64,000 bases of DNA, taken from an uncultured Peptoniphilus sp. GTDB lineage: Bacteria > Bacillota > Clostridia > Tissierellales > Peptoniphilaceae. Under the pieces are notes generated by a model. It saw only the letters and a program-made list of their open reading frames with translations, had not been told where the DNA came from and searched no databases. Position 1 is the first letter of the stretch. Every line of letters begins with the position of its first letter. Below, piece by piece: positions 28,992 through 38,554 of this stretch. Location: the NCBI GenBank assembly GCA_902465645.1, contig CABQNX010000003.1, forward strand, positions 23,180 through 87,179, given 5' to 3'. Made by a program: the position numbers and the translations under genes.

Positions 28992-29653
28992 ACAAAGACG
29001 TAGAAATTTTGTCAATCGATGATGATAAATCCATTTGTTTTGCACTGTCTGCTATAATAAAAAGCCAAGGATGGAAATCTTTAGTCGCAAACAATGTAGA
29101 TGATGGTATCAAAAAAATGATTGAAAATAAACCAACCTTAATTTTACTTGATTATAGAATGCCTGGAAAAAGTGGTTTAGTTGGTATCAAGGAAATAAGA
29201 AGTCTTGATAAAAATATTCCTATTATTATGTTAACTGTAGATGATAATCAAGATGTTGCAAACAAATGTATAGAATTTGGTGCTAATGATTTTGCAATAA
29301 AACCTATTAAGGCCCCTGATTTATTATCCAGAATAAAAGTACATTTAAAATTATTAAACAATCAAGAAAAATTTATTTCTAAAATAGATTTTGATATTAA
29401 TAATCTTTTTCCTCTAGATAAAGGAATAAGTGAGAGTACACTTAAAAAATTAATAATTATACTATATAATAATAAAAACTACACTACAGTTGATTTTTTA
29501 TCAGAGAAATCTGGCCTTTCTCTTCAAAGTACATATAGATACTTACAATTTTTAACAGAAAAAAGAATTGTCATAGTTAAAAATATTTTTGGAAAAGTTG
29601 GTAGGCCAAAAAAATTCTATATCTTAAAAGAATATAAAAAAGTAGATTCTTAA
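28988..29653 (+). CDS. Response regulator with a CitB/DcuR-like C-terminal HTH
   Basis: IDDD, LLDYRMP, KP; C-terminal SLQSTYRYLQFL...GKVGRP. Confidence 0.88.
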   Translation: MNKDVEILSIDDDKSICFALSAIIKSQGWKSLVANNVDDGIKKMIENKPTLILLDYRMPGKSGLVGIKEIRSLDKNIPIIMLTVDDNQDVANKCIEFGANDFAIKPIKAPDLLSRIKVHLKLLNNQEKFISKIDFDINNLFPLDKGISESTLKKLIIILYNNKNYTTVDFLSEKSGLSLQSTYRYLQFLTEKRIVIVKNIFGKVGRPKKFYILKEYKKVDS

Positions 29654-29664
29654 CATAATCTGCT
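29641..29664. repeat. Left target-site duplication of the IS (palindromic terminator)
   Basis: agtagattcttaacataatctgct matches 31193-31216 at 21/24. Confidence 0.8.
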
Positions 29665-31192
29665 CAGACTGATGACAAAGCAGGCAAAAAGCCTGCTTTT
29701 TTAATGAAATCATACGAATTTACAGAAAAAAGGGTAAAAATAAACTAAGAAAGTAGGTTTCACATACTATCAAAAAACAATAAAAGAAAAACAGATCAAG
29801 TACAGATCATATCAGTAGAACAACTTGTACCAAAAAATCAAATATTGAGAAAAATAGACAAATACATAGACTTTGATTTCATCTATGAATTAGTAGAAGA
29901 TAAATACTCACTAGACAATGGAAGACCATGTGTAGATCCAGTAGTACTAATAAAAATACTATTCATAGAATACCTATTCAGCATAAAAAGTATGAGACAA
30001 AAAATAAAAGAAATAGAAGTAAACATAGCATATAGATGGTTTTTAGGGCTAGACTTTTACGATGAAGTTCCACATTTCACAACCTTTAGTCAAAACTACA
30101 GAAGAAGATTTAAAGATACAAACATATTTGAAGAAATATTTCAAAACATCTTAAGCCAAGCAATGAACAAAGGATTTGTAGATGAAAAAATACAATTCGT
30201 AGACTCCGCACATGTAAAAGCCCATGCCAATAGACATAAAAACAAAAAAGAAAAAATCAAGAAAATAGCAAAGGCATACCAAGAAGAATTAGACAAAGAA
30301 ATCGACGAAGATAGAAAAGAACATGGAAAAAACCATTAAAAGAAAAAAATAAAAAAGAAGAAACAAAAGAAATAACAGTCTCAACAACAGATCCAGAAAG
30401 TAGAATCTTCAATAAAGGAGAACACAAAGAAGTATTCGCATATTGTGTAGAAACATCAGTAGACAAAAACTGTTGGATATTAGGTCACAAAACATTTCCA
30501 GGAAATCTCCATGACAGCACAACCCTACTACCCTTTTATGAAGAAAAACTAAAAAAATTAAAACCAGAAAAAATAGTCATGGATACAGTATACAAAACAC
30601 CAACCATGGCAAAAAACTACTAGAAGACGGAATACAACCAGTCTTTCCTTACACAGCACCAAAAAGAAAACCAAAAATAGAAAACCCCTACTACAAAAGA
30701 GAATTCATATATGATGAATACTATGACTGTTACTTATGCCCAGAAAATCAAATACTAGAATACACAACAACAAATAGAGAAGGATATAGAGAATACAAAA
30801 TCAATAAAGAACAATGCAAAAAATGCCCAAATCTCAAAAGATGCACACAGAGTAAAAACTATCACAAAGTAATCACAAGACACATTTGGCAAAAATACCT
30901 AGACGAAACAGAATAGTACAGATACATCAACAAAGAAAAAGAAGTATATAAAAGAAGAAAAGAAACAGTAGAAAGGCAATTTGGAAGTGCAAAAGAATTC
31001 CATGGATTTAGATACACAAATATGATTGGGCTAGCAAAGATGGAAATGAAAGCTGCACTTACATTTGCATGCATAAATATGAAAAAATTAGCAATATTAC
31101 TATATAAATTGGATCCTAATAAGGATTTTTTTAATGAATATATTAAAAATGCAACAAACCCAGGAATTATTCCTGGGTTTGTCTACAATCTT
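29665..31192 (+). mobile_element. IS1182-family insertion sequence (degenerate)
   Basis: Imperfect terminal IRs CAGACTGATGACAAA / TTTGTCTACAATCTT; subterminal hairpins at about 29677-29700 and 31154-31182; transposase motifs GRPCVDP, NIAYRWFLG, VS.TDPES, RRKETVER.FG.AKE.HG.RY. Confidence 0.9.
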
Positions 31193-31249
31193 AGCAAATT
31201 CTTAACAGAATCTGCTTTTTTAGGATTTATCAAAAGAGGTATTTTATAA
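29764..31249 (+). pseudogene. IS1182-family transposase pseudogene
   Basis: Expected start reads ATA (29764); frame breaks near 30330 and 30615; in-frame TAG near 30914. Track ORFs 29845-30339 and 31022-31249 are fragments. Confidence 0.85.
31193..31216. repeat. Right target-site duplication (terminator hairpin)
   Basis: agcaaattcttaacagaatctgct followed by a T-run. Confidence 0.8.
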
Positions 31250-31253
31250 TTTA

Positions 31254-33071
31254 TTAATATCCAACTGCTTTAGCATCTGAATATGGATCTGCTCCACCAC
31301 AAATTGTTCCATCTTCTAAATATTCAACAGCTTGAACGAAACCAAAAGCTCCTTCTTCTTTTGTTATTTCGTGACCAAGCTCTTTTAATTTGTCTAATTC
31401 TTTTTGGTCTATTCCATCCATATATTGAACTTTAGTATCAATATTATCTAATATCCTAGGTAAGTTTATTGAATCTTGTAAGTCCATGTTATTGTCAATT
31501 ACATGAGAAATAACTTGAGAAAGTTGAGCAAATATTGATTGTCCTCCAGGTGCTCCGAGTACCATGTATGGGCTATTATCTTCTCTTAATATTATAGTAG
31601 GTGACATAGATGACAATGGTTTTTTATTAGGTTGAACTGAATTTGGTCCTCCAGGTATCGGTGAAAAGTCATCCATGTGATTATTTAGTATGAACCCTCT
31701 TCCTTCTGGAACTACTCCACTTCCAAAGTAATAATTAATTGATTTCGTAATGCCAATCATGTTACCATCTTTATCAGCAGAACTGATATGAGAAGTATCA
31801 TTTCCTTCGTATTTCCAAGGATCATCTGCTTCCCATTTTTGAGACTTAGTCATATCAATTTTAGATGCTAATTTCTTCGCATAATCTTTACTAGTTAAAC
31901 CTTTAATTGGAACTTTAACATAATTAGGATCTCCCATATATTTAGCTCTATCTGCATATACTATTTTAAAAGTTTCACTAAGTAAGTGCATATAATTCGA
32001 ATCATATAAATTATATTTAGTCATGTCATAATTTTCGAACATGTTTAAAATTTGAATTAAATGAGTTCCTCCAGATGAAGGTGTAGGAGATGATAGTATC
32101 TTGTAACCATGATATGTTCCTTCTACAGGATCCATTTCATGAATATTATAATTTGCCAAGTCTTCTAATGTAATTACTCCGTCGTATTTCTTTACTGAAT
32201 TAACGATAGACTCAGCAACTTCACCTTTATAAAATCCATCGACCCCTTTCTCAGCTATAATTTTTAAAGTATTTGCCAAGTCTGGATTTTTTACTATATT
32301 ATTTCTCTCTACTGGTAAATTATTTTTAGTATAAATTTTACCTAATTCTGGATAATCTTTCATCAGTTTATAAGCATCAGCAAAAGTAACCTCAGCTTTT
32401 GGAGTTACTAAAAAACCATTTTCAGCAAGTTCTATAGCAGGTTGCATTACATCTTTCCTGTCCATAGTTCCATATCTTTCAAGTATATATAACAATCCTT
32501 TGACTTCTCCTGGAACGGCAACAGCCTTTCCACCGTGAATTTTAGATTCATCAGTTACATTACCATCAGCATCTATAGGATACATATCTTCAGAAGCCCC
32601 TGAAGGTGCAACTTCTCTAAAGTCGATGAATTTAACTTCTCCTGTTTTTCCGTCTCTTATTGTAGCGAATCCTCCACCGCCCAGTCCAGAAGCATTTGGT
32701 TCACAAACTCCAAGAGCGAAAGCAGTGGCTACTGCTGCGTCAACCGCATTTCCACCTTTTTCCATAATAGAAGTACCTATTTTAGAAGCTTCATATCTTT
32801 GAGATGATACAACGCCGTTTTTACCCTTTGCACCTCTATCATCTTTTTTCAAACTTCCATCTTCATTAAATGAAATCCAATCTCCATATTTATAGTTCTT
32901 CAATAATTCCTTATCTATCGAACTACTTGTTACTTGTGTTTGGCTAGCTTCAGCTGTTTTTTGTTGATTTTTAACATTCTCTGTACTTACTTTTCCACAT
33001 CCGGCAGTGGAAAAAGCTAGAATGGCTGAAAGCAAAACAAGACCAATTCTTTTACTATAAGTAATTTTCAT
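31254..33071 (-). CDS. ggt: Gamma-glutamyltransferase (GGT/CapD family), lipoprotein
   Basis: Lipobox-like STAG-C; GGNAVDAA, SGLGGGGF, DFRE.AP, autocleavage site D/TSH, PLSSMSP, GAPGG. Start ATG at 33071 behind AAAGGAG. Confidence 0.93.
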   Translation of the reverse strand: MKITYSKRIGLVLLSAILAFSTAGCGKVSTENVKNQQKTAEASQTQVTSSSIDKELLKNYKYGDWISFNEDGSLKKDDRGAKGKNGVVSSQRYEASKIGTSIMEKGGNAVDAAVATAFALGVCEPNASGLGGGGFATIRDGKTGEVKFIDFREVAPSGASEDMYPIDADGNVTDESKIHGGKAVAVPGEVKGLLYILERYGTMDRKDVMQPAIELAENGFLVTPKAEVTFADAYKLMKDYPELGKIYTKNNLPVERNNIVKNPDLANTLKIIAEKGVDGFYKGEVAESIVNSVKKYDGVITLEDLANYNIHEMDPVEGTYHGYKILSSPTPSSGGTHLIQILNMFENYDMTKYNLYDSNYMHLLSETFKIVYADRAKYMGDPNYVKVPIKGLTSKDYAKKLASKIDMTKSQKWEADDPWKYEGNDTSHISSADKDGNMIGITKSINYYFGSGVVPEGRGFILNNHMDDFSPIPGGPNSVQPNKKPLSSMSPTIILREDNSPYMVLGAPGGQSIFAQLSQVISHVIDNNMDLQDSINLPRILDNIDTKVQYMDGIDQKELDKLKELGHEITKEEGAFGFVQAVEYLEDGTICGGADPYSDAKAVGY

Positions 33072-33175
33072 AGTTTTTAACTCCTTTAACATGAATACAT
33101 ATAAAAAATATTTAATTACTGATATTAATCTTGATAATTTCAAATGTAATTTACTAAATAATATTATTTAGTAAA

Positions 33176-35014
33176 TTAATATCCAAGCGCCTTACCATCT
33201 CGTCTCGGGTCTCCAGCTCCTTGCAAAATATCTTTTTCGTACTTTACAGCATTAACAGAACCAAAACTTTTATTAAATTCATCACTTGGCTCACAAATAT
33301 GGCCCATATCACTTAATGCTTTAATAGTTTCTTCACTAAACCTGTTTTCATATTGTATTGTTGCATCCTTAAACCCTTTAATTCGTGGTGCATCTACAGC
33401 TTCTTGCATTGTCATATCATAATCTACTAAGTTTGAAATAATTTGTACAATAGTAGATATTATAGTTGTTCCACCAGGTGAACCAACTGCTGCAAAAGGC
33501 TTTCCATCTTTAAATAGTAGTGAAGGTGACATTGATGATAATGGAGTTTTTCCTCCAGCAATTGAGTTAGGATGATCTGCACCGACATCAAAGTCGTCCA
33601 TTTCATTATTAATAAGTATTCCATATCCGGGAACTGCAACTTTACTTCCAAAGAAACTGTTTATTGTGAATGTAGTTGCTACCATATTCCCTTCTTTATC
33701 AGCTACTGAGAAGTGAGTAGTATCTTCATGTTCAAACATCCATGGATCATCTGGCAACGGATTATTTATAGCTTTATCCTTTATTTTAGATGCTTGTTTA
33801 GCTGCATATTCTTTACTTACTAAACCATTTACTGGAACCTTTACAAATTTAGTGTCCCCCATGTATTTAGCTCTATCTGAATAAGCTAAAGAAAATGCAT
33901 CTGCAAAAATATGAAGTCTTTCTGGTGAATCAAACTTTACATCTTTAAGATCGAATTTTTCGATAATATTCAAAATTTCAGCTATTATTGTACCACCTGA
34001 AGAAGGTGATGGAGATGAATAAATATCATATCCTCTATAATTAAAATGTATAGGTTCCATTGTTTCAACTTCATAATTCTTCATGTCTTCTAAAGTGAAC
34101 ACTCCACCATACTTATTTACAGTTTCAACTATAGTATTTGCAACTTCTCCTTCATAAAATCCTTTTTTGCCTTCCTTAGCTAATACTTCAAGAAGTTTTG
34201 CATAACCTTCATTTTTTATAACATCGCCTGCTTCATAAGGAACTTTTATCCCATTATCTTCTTTTAAGTATAAGTCTGAGGCTTCAGGATATTTACTTAA
34301 AGTTCCATATTCTTCATTAATATGAGCTGAAAGTGATGTCGTTACTGTATATCCTTTTTTTGCTAATTCGATTGTAGGTTTTAACACTTCCTCTAAAGAC
34401 ATTGTTCCATAGTTTTCTAATGCATAGGTTAGACCAGCAACTGTCCCAGGGATACCTGAGGATTTACCTCCCACACTCTTTTGATCTCCAATTACCTTAT
34501 CTATTTCTTTACCTTTATCATCTTTAGCTTTGACAGTTTGCCACAATTCTGGACTTGCATGTGATGGAGCTTTTTCTCTAAAATTAATAAAGAGTGGTTT
34601 TTTATTTTCATCGCTAGATTTTATTATCATAAATCCTCCGCCACCAGGTCCACAAGCATTTGGTTCAGTTAAACCTAAAGCGAAACCTACTGCAACAGCT
34701 GCATCTACTGCATTTCCACCATTTTTAATGATTTCTCTACCAATTTTTGATGCTTCATATTTTCCTGAGGATACTATTGCATTTTTCCCTGTGTCATCTC
34801 TTCCAGTCGTAGTTAAATTTCCATCTTTATCCCACAACTGAAAATCGTCAAGAGATGAATAATTTTTATCAACTTCTACTTCATTATTTGTTTGATTTTT
34901 AGTGTTATTTGCATCAGATTCTTTACTTTTTGTTTTTCCACAACTAGCAAGAGGAATCATAAGTGAGAATACTAAAAATATGCAAATAATCTTATTTATT
35001 AATTTCTTATTCAT
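33176..35014 (-). CDS. ggt: Gamma-glutamyltransferase (GGT/CapD family), lipoprotein
   Basis: Lipobox LAS-C; GGNAVDAA, FRE.AP, D/TTHFS, NNEMDDF, PLSSMSP, GSPGG. Confidence 0.93.
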   Translation of the reverse strand: MNKKLINKIICIFLVFSLMIPLASCGKTKSKESDANNTKNQTNNEVEVDKNYSSLDDFQLWDKDGNLTTTGRDDTGKNAIVSSGKYEASKIGREIIKNGGNAVDAAVAVGFALGLTEPNACGPGGGGFMIIKSSDENKKPLFINFREKAPSHASPELWQTVKAKDDKGKEIDKVIGDQKSVGGKSSGIPGTVAGLTYALENYGTMSLEEVLKPTIELAKKGYTVTTSLSAHINEEYGTLSKYPEASDLYLKEDNGIKVPYEAGDVIKNEGYAKLLEVLAKEGKKGFYEGEVANTIVETVNKYGGVFTLEDMKNYEVETMEPIHFNYRGYDIYSSPSPSSGGTIIAEILNIIEKFDLKDVKFDSPERLHIFADAFSLAYSDRAKYMGDTKFVKVPVNGLVSKEYAAKQASKIKDKAINNPLPDDPWMFEHEDTTHFSVADKEGNMVATTFTINSFFGSKVAVPGYGILINNEMDDFDVGADHPNSIAGGKTPLSSMSPSLLFKDGKPFAAVGSPGGTTIISTIVQIISNLVDYDMTMQEAVDAPRIKGFKDATIQYENRFSEETIKALSDMGHICEPSDEFNKSFGSVNAVKYEKDILQGAGDPRRDGKALGY

Positions 35015-35049
35015 GGTTTCTCCTCTCTATATATTTTATTAAGCATAAT

Positions 35050-36201
35050 TTACTTAATCATAAATCTACCAAGATTTTTTCCACCTAAATCTTTTTTATC
35101 AACATCTGCAAATAATTCTTTATAATTTGGACAGTTTTCAAATTCTATTGATTTATCTGGATAGTTTTTGTTATAAGAATTGGTGTACTCAATTATACCT
35201 TGTAGATGTCTTCCAACTCTTTCTTCAATTGGATGTCCATTGTCATCATAAGGAACGTAAGTCATACCAAGTTCATTTGCTCGTGTATAAAACTTATCCT
35301 TACCCGTTAAGACTAGTTCTTCATTTGTTGCTCCTCTCAACCTTCCTTGAGAAGCGTTTGCAGTTTCCATTAATAGAGGTACTGTATCTGTGAAATCTCC
35401 TAATTCTCTATGTGTTAACCCGTGAAGATTTTTAGGGGAAGGTTCTAGAGACATATCAATTCCATTCAATTGTAAAGCCATGATCCCTGGAGCTGCAACA
35501 TTCATACCTTTTTCATGTGAAACTGTTGCATTAATTACAGGATATTCAGGTGAAGCTTCGTGTAAATCAAAAGTCAAATTTATATCTTCTTTTTTTACCA
35601 TTTCTGTAATTGCATATGCAACTTTTTCGGTAAATGTTCCATTTTCTTTACCCGGATAAGCTCTGTTAATGTTTCTCATTTCAGAACCTGATAACCTTTG
35701 ACCTGATGTCGCATGAATATATACATCTGGATCTGGCCATTGGTGAATTGGATTTGTAGCTCTTGAACCATATCTATATATTATTTCTTCTCCATCTTTT
35801 GTCTTAAAATGCATATCGTGTGGAGATCCTTCCTGAGTGTCATTATGAGTAAATCCACTTCTATTTGTGTAAGGTAAAACATATACAGTTCCCTTTTTTA
35901 CTTTAGCATTTTGTATAAATAAAACTGCAGATAAATGTCCAGATGGTTCATTTGGGTGTGTTCCGCCTAAAAGCAATACTTTTCCCCCATCTTCTTGACC
36001 TTTCATAACATATATTGGTGTATCTCCAGCACTTCCTTTAATTCCTTCAAAATAATCTGAAAGTTTTTTTATTTCTGTAACTCCTTCACCTGGAGTTATC
36101 TCTGGAACTGTTGATAAGCTCTTAAATTTAATTCCAGTAATAGTAGCAATTGTTAGTGCTACAACCAAACATATGGTAGCAGTAATTTTGTTAGCTTTCA
36201 T
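35050..36201 (-). CDS. Succinylglutamate desuccinylase/aspartoacylase-like (M14 zinc carboxypeptidase fold) hydrolase, membrane-anchored or exported
   Basis: N-terminal hydrophobic helix; GGTHPNE (HxxE), RNINRAYPG, DLHE, MET. Confidence 0.85.
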   Translation of the reverse strand: MKANKITATICLVVALTIATITGIKFKSLSTVPEITPGEGVTEIKKLSDYFEGIKGSAGDTPIYVMKGQEDGGKVLLLGGTHPNEPSGHLSAVLFIQNAKVKKGTVYVLPYTNRSGFTHNDTQEGSPHDMHFKTKDGEEIIYRYGSRATNPIHQWPDPDVYIHATSGQRLSGSEMRNINRAYPGKENGTFTEKVAYAITEMVKKEDINLTFDLHEASPEYPVINATVSHEKGMNVAAPGIMALQLNGIDMSLEPSPKNLHGLTHRELGDFTDTVPLLMETANASQGRLRGATNEELVLTGKDKFYTRANELGMTYVPYDDNGHPIEERVGRHLQGIIEYTNSYNKNYPDKSIEFENCPNYKELFADVDKKDLGGKNLGRFMIK

Positions 36202-36218
36202 CTAATAAATCATCCTCC

Positions 36219-36365
36219 TTACTTTATCATAAGAAATCGAAGAATTAACGGTATTACAACAAGAGCTTTATCTACTTGTATAGTTAATTTATCCTCTGTA
36301 AATATATTTGTTATAGTTAAAAGAAGTACTATTAGAAGAAGTATCCTATAAATAATAGTGATCAT
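36219..36365 (-). CDS. Small 48-aa membrane protein (not in the ORF track)
   Basis: GGAGGA RBS then MITIIYRILLLIVLLLTITNIFTEDKLTIQVDKALVVIPLILRFLMIK*. Fills the operon gap; its stop abuts the next RBS. Confidence 0.8.
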   Translation of the reverse strand: MITIIYRILLLIVLLLTITNIFTEDKLTIQVDKALVVIPLILRFLMIK

Positions 36366-36375
36366 TTTAATCCTC

Positions 36376-37665
36376 CTATAAACCAATTATTGGTGCTAGC
36401 TTATTTGAAAATATAATTATTAGTAGTCCCCACAAAATTATTATAAGTGAAGGTATCAAACATTTTTTTAGAACTGGGAAATAATTGTCTTTTAATCCTA
36501 CAACTTGTGCAGCAAATATTCCTGCCAAAGCTGTTGGAGGCATTAAATCTCCAAGTCCTGAAATTAAAGAAATTCCAGCTGCAGTTATAATAGTATCTTT
36601 AGACATTAAAGCTAACAAGAAAGGTACACCGAGAACAGATGATGCTCCAAATGATGATACAGCTCCAAATAATGGAATAGAAACTGCCATTGCTAAGTAT
36701 CTCCATCCTTGAGGCATACTTAAACAAACGCTTACTATGTAACCTCTTACACCTGTTAAAGTCATTATTTGTATAAACATACCTACGCCCATTAAAATAG
36801 ATAATACACTTAAGACACTGTTAATAGCTTCCTTTGATGTATCAAAGACATTGATTTTTTTACCTGTAAACAATCCTGTAATTGAAGCTATAATAAATAC
36901 TAGAGGCATACCTAAATCAGGAATAGCAGTTACTACTTTATTAATTACCATTAATGCTATAGCAACTATTATTGGTAAATATAATTTAAAACCATATTTT
37001 TTCCCTATTTCATGGTCTAATTTTGGTAAAACCTTCTCATAATCCATGTTTTTAGCATATTTATATCCATAATATAAAACAAAAGTAATTGCTAAAGGAA
37101 ATGTTAATAAAGATAAAGGTGCTTCAAATCCAACATAAGGTATGTCAACTCCTCCACCAATAATCATAGCTGGGATATTCACTGGAGGTGCTATCATTCC
37201 TAAAATACCTCCAAATGATAATATACAAGCTGTTTCCACAGCAGGTATTCCCATCATTATTAAAACTGGTGCCATAATTGATCCAGCTGACAACACACTT
37301 GCTGTTGAAGAGCCAGTTATCATTGCTGGAAACATAACTACTAACATAACTAATATTAAGAGTAATGCTGGTTTAGTGTGAAATCTGCCAACTATAGATG
37401 TTGTTATCGCATCAAGAGCTCCAGATTTTTCAACAACTTTCATAAATATCATCGCTGTAGCTATAACTAAAATAGTATCCACATAAGAAAACATACCTTC
37501 TACAAGATGCCTTAAAGGAAATCCATATCCTCCAACTGCAGCTCCAGCAATAGCTGCAATAGCCATACTTAATCCTATCGGTATTTTAAAAGCCATAGCC
37601 GCAACAACGAAAGTTGCGACCATAACCACAAATATTAGGAGTTCTATACTAAAATAAAAATTCAT
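36376..37665 (-). CDS. IT-superfamily secondary transporter (TRAP DctM / GntP-like large permease)
   Basis: About 12 TM; ITGSS, GMIAPPVNIP, GDLMPPTA motifs. Confidence 0.8.
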   Translation of the reverse strand: MNFYFSIELLIFVVMVATFVVAAMAFKIPIGLSMAIAAIAGAAVGGYGFPLRHLVEGMFSYVDTILVIATAMIFMKVVEKSGALDAITTSIVGRFHTKPALLLILVMLVVMFPAMITGSSTASVLSAGSIMAPVLIMMGIPAVETACILSFGGILGMIAPPVNIPAMIIGGGVDIPYVGFEAPLSLLTFPLAITFVLYYGYKYAKNMDYEKVLPKLDHEIGKKYGFKLYLPIIVAIALMVINKVVTAIPDLGMPLVFIIASITGLFTGKKINVFDTSKEAINSVLSVLSILMGVGMFIQIMTLTGVRGYIVSVCLSMPQGWRYLAMAVSIPLFGAVSSFGASSVLGVPFLLALMSKDTIITAAGISLISGLGDLMPPTALAGIFAAQVVGLKDNYFPVLKKCLIPSLIIILWGLLIIIFSNKLAPIIGL

Positions 37666-37701
37666 TAAATTACTCCTTTCTTTATATTAATCTTTTATTT
37701 T

Positions 37702-38349
37702 TTACTTGTTAAAAACTACTTTTAAAGAATCTAGGGCTTTAGACATTTGATCAATGTATTCTACTGGAACATTTTTAGATTCTCCGATTCCTTTAATCAA
37801 TCCATCTTTATCGCCTTCAGAAACTACTATTGCATAATCAGCATTCTCAAAACTTGGTTTTATAAATTTATCAGACAATTCACCTCTTCTGGCTTCTCCA
37901 CCAATATGCATTGCTATTATCTTTACACCATTTGACTTAGCGTCCTCAATGAGACCGTTTACTCTCTCTAATTCAGCATTTGCATCAATCCCAGCTGCTC
38001 CAAGTCCTTTAGATGATCCTCCAACTGCAAGTATTAGAGTTTTTGCATCACCTATTTCTCCTTTTTTAGCTAGATTATTCATATTATAATTTATTGTCAA
38101 ATTATCTAATATAGCTTTAACCATTTCAACATCTGCACTTTGTCCAACTGTTGTTAATAAAACAGGTTCCTCTGCTTTAAAATCAACTGTAGCAGCTTTT
38201 TCTGAGTCTCCCTTATTTTCTACTTGCTCTTTTGATTCAACTTTATTATTAGTGGAAGCGTTTTTAGGAGTCTTATCACCTCCACAAGCAACTAAAAACA
38301 TTGATACAACTAACAATAACGATAATGATAAACATATTTTCTTTTTCAT
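37702..38349 (-). CDS. DUF6305-like lipoprotein, putative extracytoplasmic partner of the transporter
   Basis: Lipobox LVA-C; T.GQSAD, GGSSKGLGAAGID...E..R, HIGG.ARRG..SD motifs (family recognised from memory). Confidence 0.75.
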   Translation of the reverse strand: MKKKICLSLSLLLVVSMFLVACGGDKTPKNASTNNKVESKEQVENKGDSEKAATVDFKAEEPVLLTTVGQSADVEMVKAILDNLTINYNMNNLAKKGEIGDAKTLILAVGGSSKGLGAAGIDANAELERVNGLIEDAKSNGVKIIAMHIGGEARRGELSDKFIKPSFENADYAIVVSEGDKDGLIKGIGESKNVPVEYIDQMSKALDSLKVVFNK

Positions 38350-38554
38350 AATTGTCCTCCTTAATATATTATCTTAATATAAGGTTAACACAGCAAACCT
38401 TTTCATTCTATTTTTTCTCATATTTATTAATAATAATTTTTATATTCTTAATTTTCTTACTTAAAATATAAATAATTTTAATTCTTGAATAATAATTCTC
38501 AAAAATTACAAGAAAAAAGGACGCCTAAGCGCCCTCAAATTTTATATTATTAAA

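Noticed and set aside
30320..30345. Programmed frameshift giving an active transposase
   Set aside because: A second frame break, an internal TAG and a lost start codon inactivate the gene regardless.
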